A stretch of 64,000 nt of DNA from the human T2T-CHM13v2.0 reference genome, Homo sapiens (GCF_009914755.1 NC_060931.1); one strand, 5' to 3'. Counted from the stretch's first letter, positions 13,179-27,009 are shown. Made by a program: numbers and translations. Notes: generated from the sequence alone by a model not told the origin.

Positions 13179-15141
13179 ACAATGCTTTCTTTAACGTTCT
13201 CTGAAGATTAGCTATCAATAGATTGACTTTAATTAAACTAATTGTGCGTTTTGTTCTATAGTGTAATATTTATGTCAATCAAAAGTATCAATACTCAAGA
13301 GTACTTGATTTCCTCTTCAAAAGATGCAATTCACTGTGGTAGGGTTGCTAAAGTTTGCTAATATTCATGTTAGCAAAGCTCTTAATCTACATGTTTTTTG
13401 TCACTAATCACTACATAATCAAGTGTGCCACATATGACAGACAGACCACCTTCAGCTAAAGCAGAACGTAAGTACAATTCCTTTCTTATAAAGAAAACAC
13501 TTCTCTGATGAAGAGAAATCATGTCATTTCCTGAGTGGAAGTTCACAAGGGGGTACTTGCAATGTACAAAGAGTGAAAACGAGTAAATTTTGAGTGGAAA
13601 CATAGGGAAAACTCTGAAAAAATAGTATAAAATTAAAAAAAAATGCTTCCATGCTAAATATGACCCCTTCTTACAATGAACTATAGTTCTTTAAAAATGG
13701 AAAGCTTATTCTCTGATTATATTCTGTCATAAATCATATGGACAGATGTGCGCCTTAGTCATGCATCATGGTTGATTACCATCATTCAAGGTTTATGCAA
13801 CACAGGCTAAGAATTTTATTTTTTAATTTAGAATTTAATTTTCTGATATTATAACAGACAGTAATATCCCATGAATTTTTCTTTGCTGTAGTACATCTGC
13901 ACAATAGAAATATTTACATCAAACATCTTTCTTTGTGACTTTAAAATCATATATAAATCTGTTTATTCTCTTCTAGAGAGTAGCATATTTTAGTTTTTAA
14001 ATGTGGTTTACAATAAAGTGTTTGAAAGTTTGTAATTATGTATTACCTTTCCTAGCTGTTAAAATAAATGGTAAATCAACACAATGTCAAAACGTGTAAA
14101 TAAATAAAATTATCTGAAGAACTAGTGTTTATCAGTGTGATGGCAGAGCCAATTTAAATTTTTGGCACAAAGTCAAGGATTTTAAAAAATTACAGTGTGT
14201 GTGAAGACCTTTCAAATATTGTTGAGCTACAGCAGCCTGACTTAGGTGGGTGGGATAAATCCATAGGATGGTTTCCTTCAAAAGCAAACTCTATAGGACC
14301 AGAGTAACCTATTGGAGCTTCCATTCAAATCTTGTTCATTAGTGCAAGTCAGAACTGTTACACAGAGAAGATTAACATGAGATTACTCAACATTTCTATT
14401 AGATAGAGTCCAGATTTGACACTGGTCATGGATATAAAGTTAATGCTGAATTGGCTTCGGAATTCCATCTCATAGTTATCTGCCAGCTCCAGTGAATGAA
14501 CAAAAACAAGATTGTCATAAAGCAAAAAGAAAAGAACATATGGCTGAAACAAAACAAATGCTGTTTTGGCTGATAGATAGCAAAATGGTAATTATATATA
14601 CATTGGCAATCATATTTTATTAAACTAGAACTCTAGATAACAAAATATGTAATTTTTTTAACTTTAACAAGAAAATTCAAAATAATTTCTGAATTTATTT
14701 TTCAAAGAGACTTCAATTTATTATGAAGCACATGGTCTTAAAAATCATTTTCTAGTCTTGTGAAAAATACATACCAAAATATGCTTAGCTGAATAGACTA
14801 CAATATATAGGTGACAATGGAAAAAAAAGACCAGACTACAGTATAATCATTAATCATAAAAATAACTTCATTCTTTCAACATTCAACAAATACTTATTGA
14901 TTGATAAAATGTATAAGGCATGCGTGGCATTGTAGAAAACACTATAATTCGGTAGATGCAATCCACTCCATCCATCAAAGACCTTACGTTCAAAAAGAAA
15001 GACAAAAAGATACTTTATAAAATATGAAGCATGAAAACAAGTGGTATATCTAACAGAATAAATGCTATATATACCATAACTTATGTTTGTCTTTTTAAAT
15101 AATAGACCTACAGACCTGTCACAATGGAGAATGTATATATC

Positions 15142-15142
<1 letters not shown>

Positions 15143-15182
<40 letters not shown>
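15143..15182. repeat. (CTAT)10 tetranucleotide STR
   Basis: Seen directly. Confidence 0.97.
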
Positions 15183-15183
<1 letters not shown>

Positions 15184-15189
15184 ATTTTA

Positions 15190-16290
15190 AAACAATTATT
15201 TAGTTGGGTCAAGTATGGAGCAGAGTTCTGAACTCTGAAGTTAAGGCAATGGATACATGAAGTTCCTGCTCCTATAAAACTAACATTCAAGTGAAAAGAA
15301 ATAGACAATCAACTAATCAATCAAACAATCAAATTATGATTTTAAAAAATACTACCGAAGTGAGGCAAAAAAGAGAGTGATGAGTGGTGCTGTTTTAGAT
15401 CGGAAGGTCAGGGAGAACTTCTCTGGAAAGGTCACATTTGAACAAAGATCTGAATAAAGACAGAAGATTTGCCACAGGATATCTGAATCTGAGACAGAAG
15501 AGACTCAAAGTATACAGGGGGAAGTATTCTTCTAGGAGTAGCAAGGAAGGCCATGTGGCTGCAGTGGTCCAAGCTAGGTGACAGGTGGCAAAGGAGATCA
15601 GCGATATATGAGGGAGTATAACCACCAAGAGTCTTGTAGACCATCAAGGAATAGGCAGGCCAGGAGGAACCTTGTATTTGTAAGGTTTTGAGCAGAGGAG
15701 TGATATGATTTGCCCCATTTTATTTTATTTTAGATAATAAAATATTTAATTAGCCAGTAAAGATTGAATATATTCAAGGAATACAATGATGTTATTCAAT
15801 ATACATATACATTGTTTAATGATTATCACAAATTAACACATCCATCACCACTCGTGCTGTAATTTAAATCACCAGAACTTGTTCATCTTGTAAGAGAACA
15901 TTTGTATCCTCTGGCCAACATCTCCCCATTTCCCCACCCCCAACACTAGTATCCACTGTTCTGCTCTCAGCTTCTGTAAGTTTACCTTTTCAGATTCCAC
16001 ATGTAACTGAGATCATACAGTATTTGTCTTTCTCTGTCAGGCTTATTTCACTTATCATAATGTCTTTCAGGTTCATCCATGTTATAAAAATTGGCAAGAT
16101 GCTCTTCTTCTTTCTGGCTAAATAATATCCCTCTGTGATCTGGCGTACTTCAAAAGAACCACTCTGGCAACATGGTGGAGTATGGATTATAGAGCTGCCT
16201 GTGCAAGCATGGAGATAATTTAGAGAGCTTTTACAATAGTTTAGAGGAAAGATGCATGTTGGTTGCTTATGCAAGGGCATTCATAGTGAT
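15190..16290 (-). mobile_element. L2 fragment interrupted by L1MA (pieces about 15190-15719 and 16136-16290)
   Basis: ggtcagggagaac..., caaggaaggccatgtggctg, ggttttgagcagaggagtgatatgat, then aaagaaccactctggc. Confidence 0.7.
15720..16135 (-). mobile_element. L1MA (MA8/9-like) 3' end
   Basis: agattccacatgtaactgagatcatacagtatttgtctttct...ggttcatccatgtt. ORF 15990..16280 ends in the L1 ORF2 C-terminal remnant TWMNLKDIMISEIS. Confidence 0.85.
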
Positions 16291-16718
16291 AATCACTAAA
16301 TAAGTATTTCTGATCAAATTCTAAATTGATTAATTCTATAGTATAAAGAGACAAATATAAACCAAAGTTAAGTGTTCTATGAAGCATAAACAATAAATAT
16401 TTTCTTGAATTATTTGCTTTTGACTGATTTGGGTTTTTGGATATATAACTAAAACCTATGGGTAAATCACAGTTTCACTGTGGAGTTACAGAAAAGATAC
16501 AGAATGATTAATTTTATTTTGTGAAATTTCCTTGTAAAAAATTGAATTTATAAGTGATATGTATTTAATAAATATTTTATGTATATTCATTTGATGATTA
16601 TTTTTATTCAGTTTTGTGAAAATTTATGTGGCATAAAAATTTATCCTTGTGTTGAAAATAGTCTAGAAGGCTGTTACAGGCACAATATCATAGACCTGTT
16701 TTTAAAATGATAGCTTGT

Positions 16719-17135
16719 CTGACAAAAACAAACAATAGGGAAAAGACTCCCTATTCAATAATGGTGCTGGGATAGCTGACTAGCCATATGCAGTAGACTG
16801 AAGCTGGATCTCTTCCTTACATCATATACAAAAATTAACTCGAGATTGATTAAAGACTTAAATGTAAAATGCAAGACTATAAAAATCCTGGAAGACAACC
16901 TAGGCAATATCATCATGAACATAGGCATGAGCAAAGATTTCATGGCAAAGAAACCAAAAGCAATCACAACAAAAGCAAGAATTGAAAATGGGATCTAATT
17001 AAACTTAAGAGCTTCTGCATAGCAAAAGAAACTAACAGAATAAACAGACAACCTACAAAATACTTGCAAACTAGGCACCTAACAAAAGTCTAATATCCAG
17101 CATCTATAAGGAACTTAAATTTATAGAAGAAAATA
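16719..17135 (+). mobile_element. Internal ORF2 fragment of an old primate L1 (L1PA13-16-like)
   Basis: ctgacaaaaacaa...ctccctattcaataa...ggatctaattaaacttaagagcttctgc. No 3'UTR. Confidence 0.88.
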
Positions 17136-18978
17136 ATAGGTTATCTGAAATATGCAAAATCTGTTGATGAGTTTATTGCTACTCTTAATAGATTCACAAT
17201 ATTTTCAGAGAGGTGAACATTTGCCTATGAGAGAATTCCAAAAGATCTTTTGAAATAATTTACATAAAATAACTTAATTCTAGGCCATTAGGTATGTTCA
17301 ATGACAGTCAGAAAGCAGGTAGTCAGTTTTCATTGGAATAATCAGGGGGCACTTCATGTAAAATAAAGTAGTCATGATGGGGGAAAGGGTGAAAAAAATG
17401 CTAGGAAGGAAAGGAGAAAGAGAGAAAGGGAGGTAGTGGGAGAAAGAAAAGCAGGTAGGCAAAGGTAGTGGGAAATAATGAACCATTGATATATGCCAAG
17501 AATTATACCAGGATTTTTTCACATATAGCAAGGTACTATCAAAGAGCATGTGTAATTTCTAACAGAGAATGCATGAGAGCATGAAAAATTATTCTTGATT
17601 TTTATAAGATCTCTCAGGATATTGTATATGAGATCTTTAAAAAAATCTATAAAATTATGAATTGTATATTTTAACCATCTTTTTTTACAGAATGTTTAAT
17701 TTTTCAAAGTAGCATTATTTTAAACTAGCTCCAATTTTATAACTTTCACCACTGCTAGCTAATGCAAGTAATGTGGCATTTCATCAGAGATTTCAAGCAT
17801 AAAAGCATGCAAATGATGCAAGCTTCAATGTAGAAAAGCAGCTATGGAACATGGTCTCTTTGATAAATGGATAATCATAAGGCTGTTTTCCTTTTCGCTA
17901 GATTTTTTAGCCAGAGTTAAAATGTAAACTAGGATTAATGGCAACAATATAATGTAATATTTGCATATATTCTCCACACAATTAATCAAACAGAAAGATA
18001 ATTTATAGTAGTTCTAACTTATTGGGATAAAGGTTAGATTACGATTTCGAGTTTATGAATTAAATCTTTATAAGTGCTTCCATTTACCTTTCAATAATCA
18101 ATTTTGTTGGAGTGCATATAATTTCTTTTGTACAAATAAGTTTGCTTGTAAATTATTTTTTAAAAGCCAGTGTAATCTTTAGGAATATTACTCAGAAAAC
18201 CCAAAATGAATGAGGACTGGAAATTGGAGAAGTCAGTTATTATTTATGGCAGACCTATTTGGGAAAAACCATTTTAGTGTTCTCATCTTTACATTTCATA
18301 ATACTCATTTGCATTGCCACAATACCATTTGATAAACATACGTAAACATGAATGACCTCTTTAACACCATGTCCTACAGAAAGTTCTGACATAACATAAA
18401 CGTTCAGTTCTTGAAAGAAAGAAACAGTCAAAGAGAAAGAAAATGAAAGAGCAGGAGATAGAGGGGAAGAGAGACAAAATAGACAGTAACTTTTAGAATA
18501 AGAAGCTTCTTATATGAGAAAAATATCTTTGAAAAACGCAATGTTGCTTGTAATGCATAAAATATTTGAAAGCTTCTCTTTTGATGAGATAGACTCTTAT
18601 GTACATTGAATCAGTCGATTATAACTGATCTATTTCGACAACCTATGGTAAATTTATACAGAATGAAAATGTCTTTTATTGTATTGACTTTTATTCATTT
18701 TGACTCATTTCCTTCCTTTGTTCATTCAACAAATATTTTCTAAGGATTTGGGGCCTCTACAAGATACTACCAGAAACACAGTTGTGAATGAAATGCAGTC
18801 TCAGCAGAAAAGGAGTTCAAATTCCCATAGAAGGGAAAGACATACAAATACATGATGAAAAGAAATGCAATAATTTAAATGAATCACACACAGGGTTATA
18901 CAAAGTCTCTGGGAAATAATTTCAACTTCCTCTCACATATAATTTCCTAACAGAGGTCATTTTCAACCTGGAACTTTT

Positions 18979-19111
18979 TATTCATTTATTTATTTATTAT
19001 TGTTATACTTTAAGTTCTGGGAGACATGTGCAGAACGTGCAGGTTTGTTAAACATAGGTATACATGTGCCATGGTGGTTTGCTGCACCCATCAACCCATC
19101 ATCTACATTAA
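18979..19111 (-). mobile_element. 133-bp L1PA (PA6/7-like) 3' end
   Basis: tatactttaagttctggg...catgtgcagaacgtgcagg. Perfect TSD AACCTGGAACTTTT at 18965-18978 and 19112-19125. Confidence 0.92.
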
Positions 19112-19334
19112 AACCTGGAACTTTTAAGAAAAAAAAACCCGATTGCATCAAGCAAACGGGGATGTTGTGAAGGGGGTAAGAGAAATCAATGACATTTTGG
19201 CAGAGGTAACATTATGTATAAAGGCATGAAGGCAGTAAAACATTGAGTGTTCAAGACATTACACGTAATTTTCTGTTTCAAACCAGACATTTTAATGAAA
19301 CAAGTAGGTAAAAGATGAGTTTTGAGATGTCATG

Positions 19335-19535
19335 CAGCCGTGTCCAACCCTTTGAATGTGAGAACCTTTTTGCTTAAATGTGGTGGTGGATATCACCACA
19401 TTATGCCGGTTTATTTATTTTATTTTATGTTTTTCAGCTCATCAGCTATTGTTAGTGTTAATATATTTTATATGTGGTCCAAGACAATACTTCTCCCAAT
19501 GTGGCCCACGGGAGCCAAAAGGCTGGACATGTGTG
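19335..19535 (-). mobile_element. MER30B (hAT-Charlie MITE)
   Basis: agctcatcagctattgttagtgtta...aatgtggccca...gccaaaaggctggaca. GTCATG on both flanks. Confidence 0.85.
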
Positions 19536-20224
19536 GTCATGGCAAAAGATTTGAGGAAGATTGTAATCAAAGAAGAAACATGCACATATCAAAATTTTAG
19601 GAAGGACACTCTCCCAGAGACCTAGAAGAAAGACTGAACAATTAGATCATGTGACTATTATAATATCCAGGTGAACAATAATGAGATTCTAAAATAAGAT
19701 GGAGGCCGTAGTTTTGTTTACCATACCCTTATAAAATACAGTGCTACATTATATTTTCTAATTGAAAATTAAAATAAACATTTAGTGCAAAATAAGAGGG
19801 AACACAGTGTATAATTTCAAAAGCTGTGTTATTTTATATCACATACTTGCACTTCTCTTTGTGCTTTCACATGGGGTCTCTCTGGCCTTGAAATAAATTA
19901 CAGTCCCACACTGCAAAATTTTATGGTATTATTTTTCTGGCCAACTTAGGGCTTGTAACTGCTGGTTTAATTGATGTGTTTCACTATTTGATTAATTCAA
20001 TAATAGTGATTTTGGGCCAATCATAATAATCCATATCAGATTCCCCACACTTTTACCTAATAAGCAAAGATGAAGCATAATCTAGAAAACACAGAATCTC
20101 ATAACCAATAACATAAGTAAAATAAAAGCAAGGCCAGTTATGTGCAATTTATTTTAAGGCATCACTGGCTTATACTTAGCAGAAATAAATATATTATATC
20201 CTGGATATATGTCTCGTTGCTCAT

Positions 20225-20286
20225 TTTAACCTATATAACAAACCTGCACATGTACCCCTGAACTTAAAAGTTAACTTTAAAAAATA
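20225..20286 (+). mobile_element. Very short L1PA 3' tail
   Basis: aacaaacctgcacatgtacccctgaacttaaaagtt. Confidence 0.75.
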
Positions 20287-22683
20287 GATCTCATTATTAA
20301 GTATTTTCATAGTACATTTCAAAAGTGAAGTTATCTCAAAAATAAAGTATGGGTGAGAAAAATGACTTTTTAAATGTACCTCCTGAACAATTAGGAATTC
20401 TAATATCAAACTTTGAAACAATTTTAAAAAGTAACAAATTATCATATGCACTTACTTAATAAGATCTACTGACTTAAATGTTTCCAATGAAGTTCATGTG
20501 TTTAGATGAATATCATAGTAAACATTCGGAAGATATCAGTGGCAGAGATGGTGAGGACATAAAGTAGGAAGGCACATGTACATTTTCATCTCTTATCACT
20601 GGAAGGGTATTACCTAGTTTATTTTTCCTTTACCACCCAAAATAGTCATCTACAATTGACTTTCTATCACTTTTTTTCCCCCTGTGGTACATGGGATATG
20701 GTAGTTGTTTTTTATTTATTTTTTTGCATGCTTACATGACTAGGTATTTTAGAATACTACAAGCACTTTTTTTAAAAAATAATTCAACTCCTCCATGAAG
20801 CATAAGCTAATGACTGCAATGGTCCTTCCCTCATATTCTGAGATAAGAATGGTTTGGATTTTATTAAATCAAAGAGGATGAAAAGTATAGAAATGGATTA
20901 TGTTCTTTATCTATCTGTTTGATAAGCATATCTGAGGGTGGCTAGCCAAGGCATTCAAGACATAAACCAATGATTCCATGCCATGGAAAGAAAGGAAAGA
21001 ATCATACACTGTTAGGTTTTATAGATCAAAGTCAGTATCCTAGGTTTTATATTTGAATGTCATGACCTATGTAGAAATGTACTGAATGAAGTTTCAAATA
21101 GTCAATACCTGTGACAGATATGGTTTTCTTTTTTGAACTATTGATTGCTTTTCTGAGTAATCTCCAAATCCTACTTTGAAGCCATCCAATCTGGATCACA
21201 AAAATACGTCAAGAACTTTAGGGTATCAAAAAAACAGAAGTATCTAAGATGACTAAGGAATTTGCCAGGGGTATTTGGAAGAATTTTTGGCTTTCTTCCA
21301 AAGATTTTTTAGCTTGAAATCAAGGCTTAATATTTTATGACAAGAGCCTTCTACCTTAAACAAAGTCTGTTGAGTTTCTGCTTTTAATCCCAACCCATAA
21401 TTTTATAATAAAGTTTGAAAATGAAAGATTCAGGTGATTCTAGTTACTTTAACTGTTTCAAATTCACTTAATTTTTAAGTTAAGTTTTCATTGCCCCTTA
21501 TCTACAATGCATTGAAATTGTTCTTTATTACTAGCAGTTTGTGGTTTTATATGCTTCTAACTAATCATTGTTCATTATACCAAGAGAATCAGATTTCCAA
21601 CTATGGTTTGATGTCATTGTGTATATACAGGACGTCCACAGGTGCCTGGAAAGCCATAAAGAAAAAGAAGGAAACCAGCCAAGACTAAAGTTTCACAGAT
21701 CCAGATGTGGCTGCTGCTGCTGTTTGGGAAAAAAAAAATAACACATTTTAGACCTTGGCATTTCAGCATTACAGCTGGCAAGTAATAAGAGAGAATGAAG
21801 TCTGTGTGCGTGCATGCGTGCGTGCATGCTCCTTTTGTGGCAGAAAAGGGGGAAATGGAAGGCAGGAAAGTCCAATCTGCTGGAGTAAAATAGAAATGTG
21901 GATGAGAGCCTGTTCAACCCCACTGGCAATGAGGTATTTCCCTTTTATTAATGAAATGTTCTGGCACAGTGGAAAAATATAATTTGCATGAATGAGCACA
22001 TCAATCTAAAAAAGTAAAAGTCCTGACTCCTGGTCATTTCTTTCAGCTTATTCACAAAATTCTCATAAGCAGGATTCAGTTGTCTTCCTCTTTAGTTAAG
22101 TTACTTATTTTTTACCATTATTCAGCCATATATACCCTTCAGAGAGAGTTCCAACAAAGGATCTGGAGACTACATAGGTCATTGAATCATGTGATATGTT
22201 AATATCAAGTGGCTCATAGCAGATGTTCCTATCAGAATATTACAAATAAACCCAAAATTCTAAGTCCCAACGACTCATTTCCAGAAAAAAATAACATTAT
22301 ATTTGCTTAATATTAAAATGTTATTAATGTGATTGTAAATTATTATGAATTATTTTTCATGTATATGTAATCTACCTCTTTTTATTTTTCACAGTGCCCA
22401 TCACTGGATACACCACCAATGAAAAGAGATGTTCTTAATTCTACGAAGTCTTGGACAGTAGTCTGCAGAAATCTAAATGGCAAGACAAGTTAACATCTGT
22501 TCATTCTTTACTATAAGTCTACACTTACAGGATAAAATTGAGAAAAGACAATTTAAAATCATCCTAATCTGAAGAAGCTAATCCTTGTTTTCTTTCAGTG
22601 GCAATTTAGTGTGGTAGTTAAAAGAACATAGCTTTAACATGTGGCTGTGACGTCAATCCAAGGCACTGATAAATTGAAATATA

Positions 22684-22718
22684 TGTGTGTGTATACACAC
22701 ACACACACACACACACAC
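22684..22718. repeat. (TG)n-TA-(CA)n microsatellite
   Basis: Seen directly. Confidence 0.9.
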
Positions 22719-24520
22719 GTATGTATAAATCTGTGCTTTATTTAAAAAGCATAGAAGAAAAAATAATTTATTTTTTAGTTCTTACCCCAGAGTAAATATT
22801 TACAGTTCTTGACTATATTAAAACATTGAGTACCTTTATTAAGTTTACTATACTGAAATATGTTATTATTTACATGTCTTGACTCCCTACATACATATTA
22901 TCAAGGTAATGACTTAACATTTCAGAGTTATGAATCATTTTATCATTTAGGATAAGAAAGAGAAATAATGCAATCTCATTCTATAAAAAGTCATGATTCC
23001 AGCTAAGACTGGTATCTTTAATAATATATCAGGACTTGATTTAGGGAGTCAATTCATTAGTTATTTAGTTACCTCCATTGATACTATTTTTGTGTAATTG
23101 CTGGTCATGATGGAGCATGTCTTATATAAGATGTGAAAAATGACAATTGTAACTTTGTACTTTTTGTGTCAAATTAGAAATAGCTTTTAAAACTTGCTGT
23201 CTTCCAAAATCCTCAGTTGAAGCACCTATCAAGATTTTCATCACAAAAAACTTTGAGATCTCCATTGATGCTCCCTAAGTTGGTGTTTTCACCTCTGCTA
23301 GATTGTACAAAATGCAACACAAGGAAGAAAGTATCCTCCACTGGCTAGTATTCCAACTCAGTAACACTCTAACTTGACCATGATGATATCGAAGATTTTC
23401 TACAACACTGACTCTAGAGTCTTTAGCCTCATCATTTACTTCTTTACCATAATGCTTAGCACACATAGAAGAAACTAAAACAAGCAAAGAAACAACACGA
23501 TGAGGTGAGGAGAGTGACTTTAGTTAATAGAATGATACGAAGGAGTACTTAATTATTATTTCAAAATTTCAAACTGTTCTAGCTTGCCAGGATATACTCT
23601 ACTTTCCAAAGAAAAATTGAAATGCAGAAAAATACAGTTCTAAGACAAGAAAGTAAGAACATAATCTGGTAAATGTGCTAATTTTGAAATATTTTAAGGA
23701 AGGACATTTTCAAAGGTGTAATGCCTATGAGCACTGACACATTTCTCTTTTGTTTTCAGCTTGTGACTTTTATCCAAGACATATGCTATACATACAAAGT
23801 GACTAAGTATCTGTTATAATTTAAATGAATTCTAAGCCTTGGGGCATCAGGGAAGTTATTTTTAAATTTTAAAGGGAAATTACTTTTGAATTTGCCATTG
23901 CCAGAAATTTAATCTGAATGCACTGAAAAGAAGAGATGTAGTTTTCACTTTCTGGATTGTGCTATATCCTATATTTAACAGATTTTGTCATATACTTAAA
24001 GTCCACCAAATGTACTGAAAAGTAATAGTATATATCCATGTTTCATTTTCTTACAATTGACTAAATACTAAAAACAATAGTTTTTTTCTTAAAAGTTAAT
24101 CATCTAAAATGCAATAAGTCATCACAAACTAAACTTTGATCACTGCTAGTTTAAGTTCTGTCTATATAATTCCAAATCTCGGAATTGATCTTTTTAAGAG
24201 TAAATATTTTGGATTAAAAGTTTATTTTCCATTTATATATTTGCTATTCTACAAATTTTGTTTTCATAAATATATTAATAAATTTTATGTAATGAAGATT
24301 TCAGAGTAATGAAAATATTTTTATAATTAACTTCTAAAGTTAATCTCTATGTTCATAATCTATAATTTACCTCATGAATTTCAATCTAATTTCATGTAAC
24401 CTGAGATGAGATTTTATGGATTAGAAAAGTTTCCAGAAAACTAGGCTACTTACAATGTATAATTACATAAATAAGAAAAATATTTTATTAAACTAATGGC
24501 TTGTAATAAAATAATTTTAG

Positions 24521-24960
24521 CCCTCCATCCTTCCCCTTATTTCCTGCACTCTTCCTCCACCTGTTCCCTCAATTTTCCTCCTTGCTTCCTGTTTTGCTCT
24601 TCCTTGGTCCTGGCCCTCGCTTCTCACCACCTCTGTCTTACTTCCCTATTTCTCCCCCAACCTGCTGCCTCCTGGTCACCCCCATGTTCTTTTCCCCAAC
24701 CTCAATCCTCCCTTTTACTACCTCCCTTTCCACTTGCCCCCCTGCTTCTTCCCTCCTGTCTTGATCCACTTTTCATCCCTCCATCTTCTCTCTTGTTTTC
24801 CTCTCACTCACAACCCCTGCCCTCCCACCACTCCCACCCTCCCCTCCTGGTCCTGCTCCCTGGCTCTTCCCCTGGCCCTGCCTCCTCAATTTCCCCCTAA
24901 GTCCCACGCCTCATTTTCTACTTAGACTACCCCCTCATTTTCTACTTAGACTCATGCCCT
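24521..24960. repeat. C/T-rich low-complexity tract ending in a 20-bp direct repeat
   Basis: Strong pyrimidine bias. CCTCATTTTCTACTTAGACT at 24909-24928 and 24933-24952. Confidence 0.9.
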
Positions 24961-25767
24961 CAAAAAAACAATAATGATTTTATCTTGACATTTTTTGTGA
25001 AAATCTTTCTAAAATGTGGTACAATTTCTAACATGCTGTATATATTTTCTACTATAAATGCTTTAATATTTCCTTACTGATAAAAATTCAACCTTAAAAT
25101 TTTCAATTTTTTGAAATACTTTGAATCTATTCTGTAAGATAGGGAGGATAAACTCTCTAAATTACTAGAATTTCCTATTGATTTTTGTATTTTTCTCTAC
25201 TATTAATTTATTATGAATGTTGGTTGCAAATAGGCTTATAAAATAGATATAATTGTACATAATTTCAATTGGTCTTGGTATAATAATGGACTACACTACT
25301 TTTATAACAAAAAACATGAGTTTTACAAATTTTGCACCTTTATTCTTCAGATATTTTGTATTTATATTTTGAGTATGAAGGGTTATTCCCTGATAAAAAA
25401 TATATTTTTACATTAGCAAATATAGGTTATAGTTGTGGAAGATAATAATTTATTAGTCCAACTAAGAAATTGTGATGGGTGTGTGAGAGAGAAAGTGGGA
25501 GCAAGAGAGAGATCTATCTTAATATCTATTACATACACACACAATATGTTTAGTTTTCGCTGAAAAGCGAAGATTATGCAATTCACATTTTCTTTGGGAA
25601 TTTGATCATGTTATTTTTAAATGATAGACATTTATGAACTATGGAACAGGCATCTAAGCAAATAAATTATAATTAATAATAAGAATGAACGTATGACCTT
25701 AGAGAGTGAATATACTAACTAATTTTGTTTACTGACATTATCTCAAATTTCAGAAGTGGTCTAAGGA

Positions 25768-26061
25768 ATCCCTGCCTATTTGAAATATAATGTGGGCTAC
25801 ATATTTAATTTTAAATTTCCTAGCATTCACATTAAAATAAATAAATTAAAAGGTGAAAGGAACTTTAAGAGTAGATTTTATTTTACTTAATATATTAAAT
25901 TATTATTTCAGTGTGTAATAATTTAAAATTTATTGAGCTATTTTACGTGTTTTTTTCTTATTGTGTCTTCAAAATCTGTCCATTTCAACTCAGATTAGCC
26001 CAGTTTAAGAATTCAGATGCCACATGTGGCTACTTGGTATTTATAATATTGGACAAGACAG
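25768..26061. mobile_element. MER33 (hAT-Charlie)
   Basis: gaaatataatgtgggctacatatttaattttaaattt...gccacatgtggcta...tattggaca. gtctaagg/gtctagag flanks. Confidence 0.8.
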
Positions 26062-27009
26062 GTCTAGAGTGTAGCTAAAATCCAGTAACAGCATGATCTT
26101 CTTTAAAAAATATCAGAGCACCTTCTTCCTAGACACCATATTTAGAAGAATATAAGCAGGCAACTGTCACATTTAAATATTACAATGACTATAGAAACAA
26201 ACCTTCTATGAGTGCAATTAAGAGGAAACTTTTCAAAACAGAGGAGGTAATTAAGTAGAAAATGTGTGGTTAAATCCACACAAAAAATGTTGGATGGAAA
26301 GATCCTTTTCTAAACAGAAGAACACCAAACATAAAAGGAGAGGGGAGGGTCGGAAACTTAGCATAGGCAAAAATTACCATATTTACTGAATAGAAGGCCA
26401 GTTTGGCTCTGGAAAACTTCTTCTTTTTTCCCCCCAGAGAGAATGGCCACACGCCAATAGATACAGGCCTAAAATAGAGTATATACTATGGTAACCATAG
26501 TAATGAGTAGATGGAACTAAAAAAAGCTGGTCTTGGGTGAGCAGATGTTCAGTCAAAGCAAGAATGAAAACATGAACTGCATTTCACAACCTCCATTTTA
26601 TCTACATACAGTAGGACAGTGTTCTATGAGCCTGTGGGAGAAATGTGCTGAAGGAGGAGGAACCAGAATGCCAGGAATGCCTTGTTATCAGTACAGGCAC
26701 ACAAACCTAGGTTCCAACAGAAGAATTCATCAGAAAGAAACATCCTCAAGTAGGGCTATGAGAGATTGATACATATTCCAATTACATATATATCTTCATG
26801 CATACACGTACACTTTACTAAGTAAAGTAGCATGTCTTGTAATCTTGTAAAATAGTCTGTCTAGGTTGAAGTATGAAAAAATTATGTACTATTTCTCAAT
26901 TTCCTTCAGGAAGTCTAACTTAAATATAATTTTTCTAAGAATAACATGGTTATCTATATCATGCCAACACCTTCCCTAGACTTGAAGTTATTTTTGCTGC
27001 AGAACTAGA

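Larger units (their letters stand above)
18715..19710 (-). mobile_element. L2 fragment hosting an L1PA tail and MER30B
   Basis: ttcattcaacaaatattt start; ggcagaggtaac...aaaggcatgaagg; ataatatccaggtga. Confidence 0.55.

Noticed and set aside
13424-13474. Plus-strand exon ending AAC|GTAAGT
   Set aside because: Poor polypyrimidine tract and no recognisable peptide or partner exon.
22395-22495. Strong plus-strand acceptor (tttttatttttcacag)
   Set aside because: No convincing donor; all frames close within about 100 nt.
22648-22655. Full CRE TGACGTCA
   Set aside because: Single 8-mer in a probable MIR fragment with no supporting context.
24496-24900. 134-aa Pro/Ser/Leu-rich ORF
   Set aside because: A C/T-rich strand rarely contains stop codons; overlapping frames are also open; no domain.
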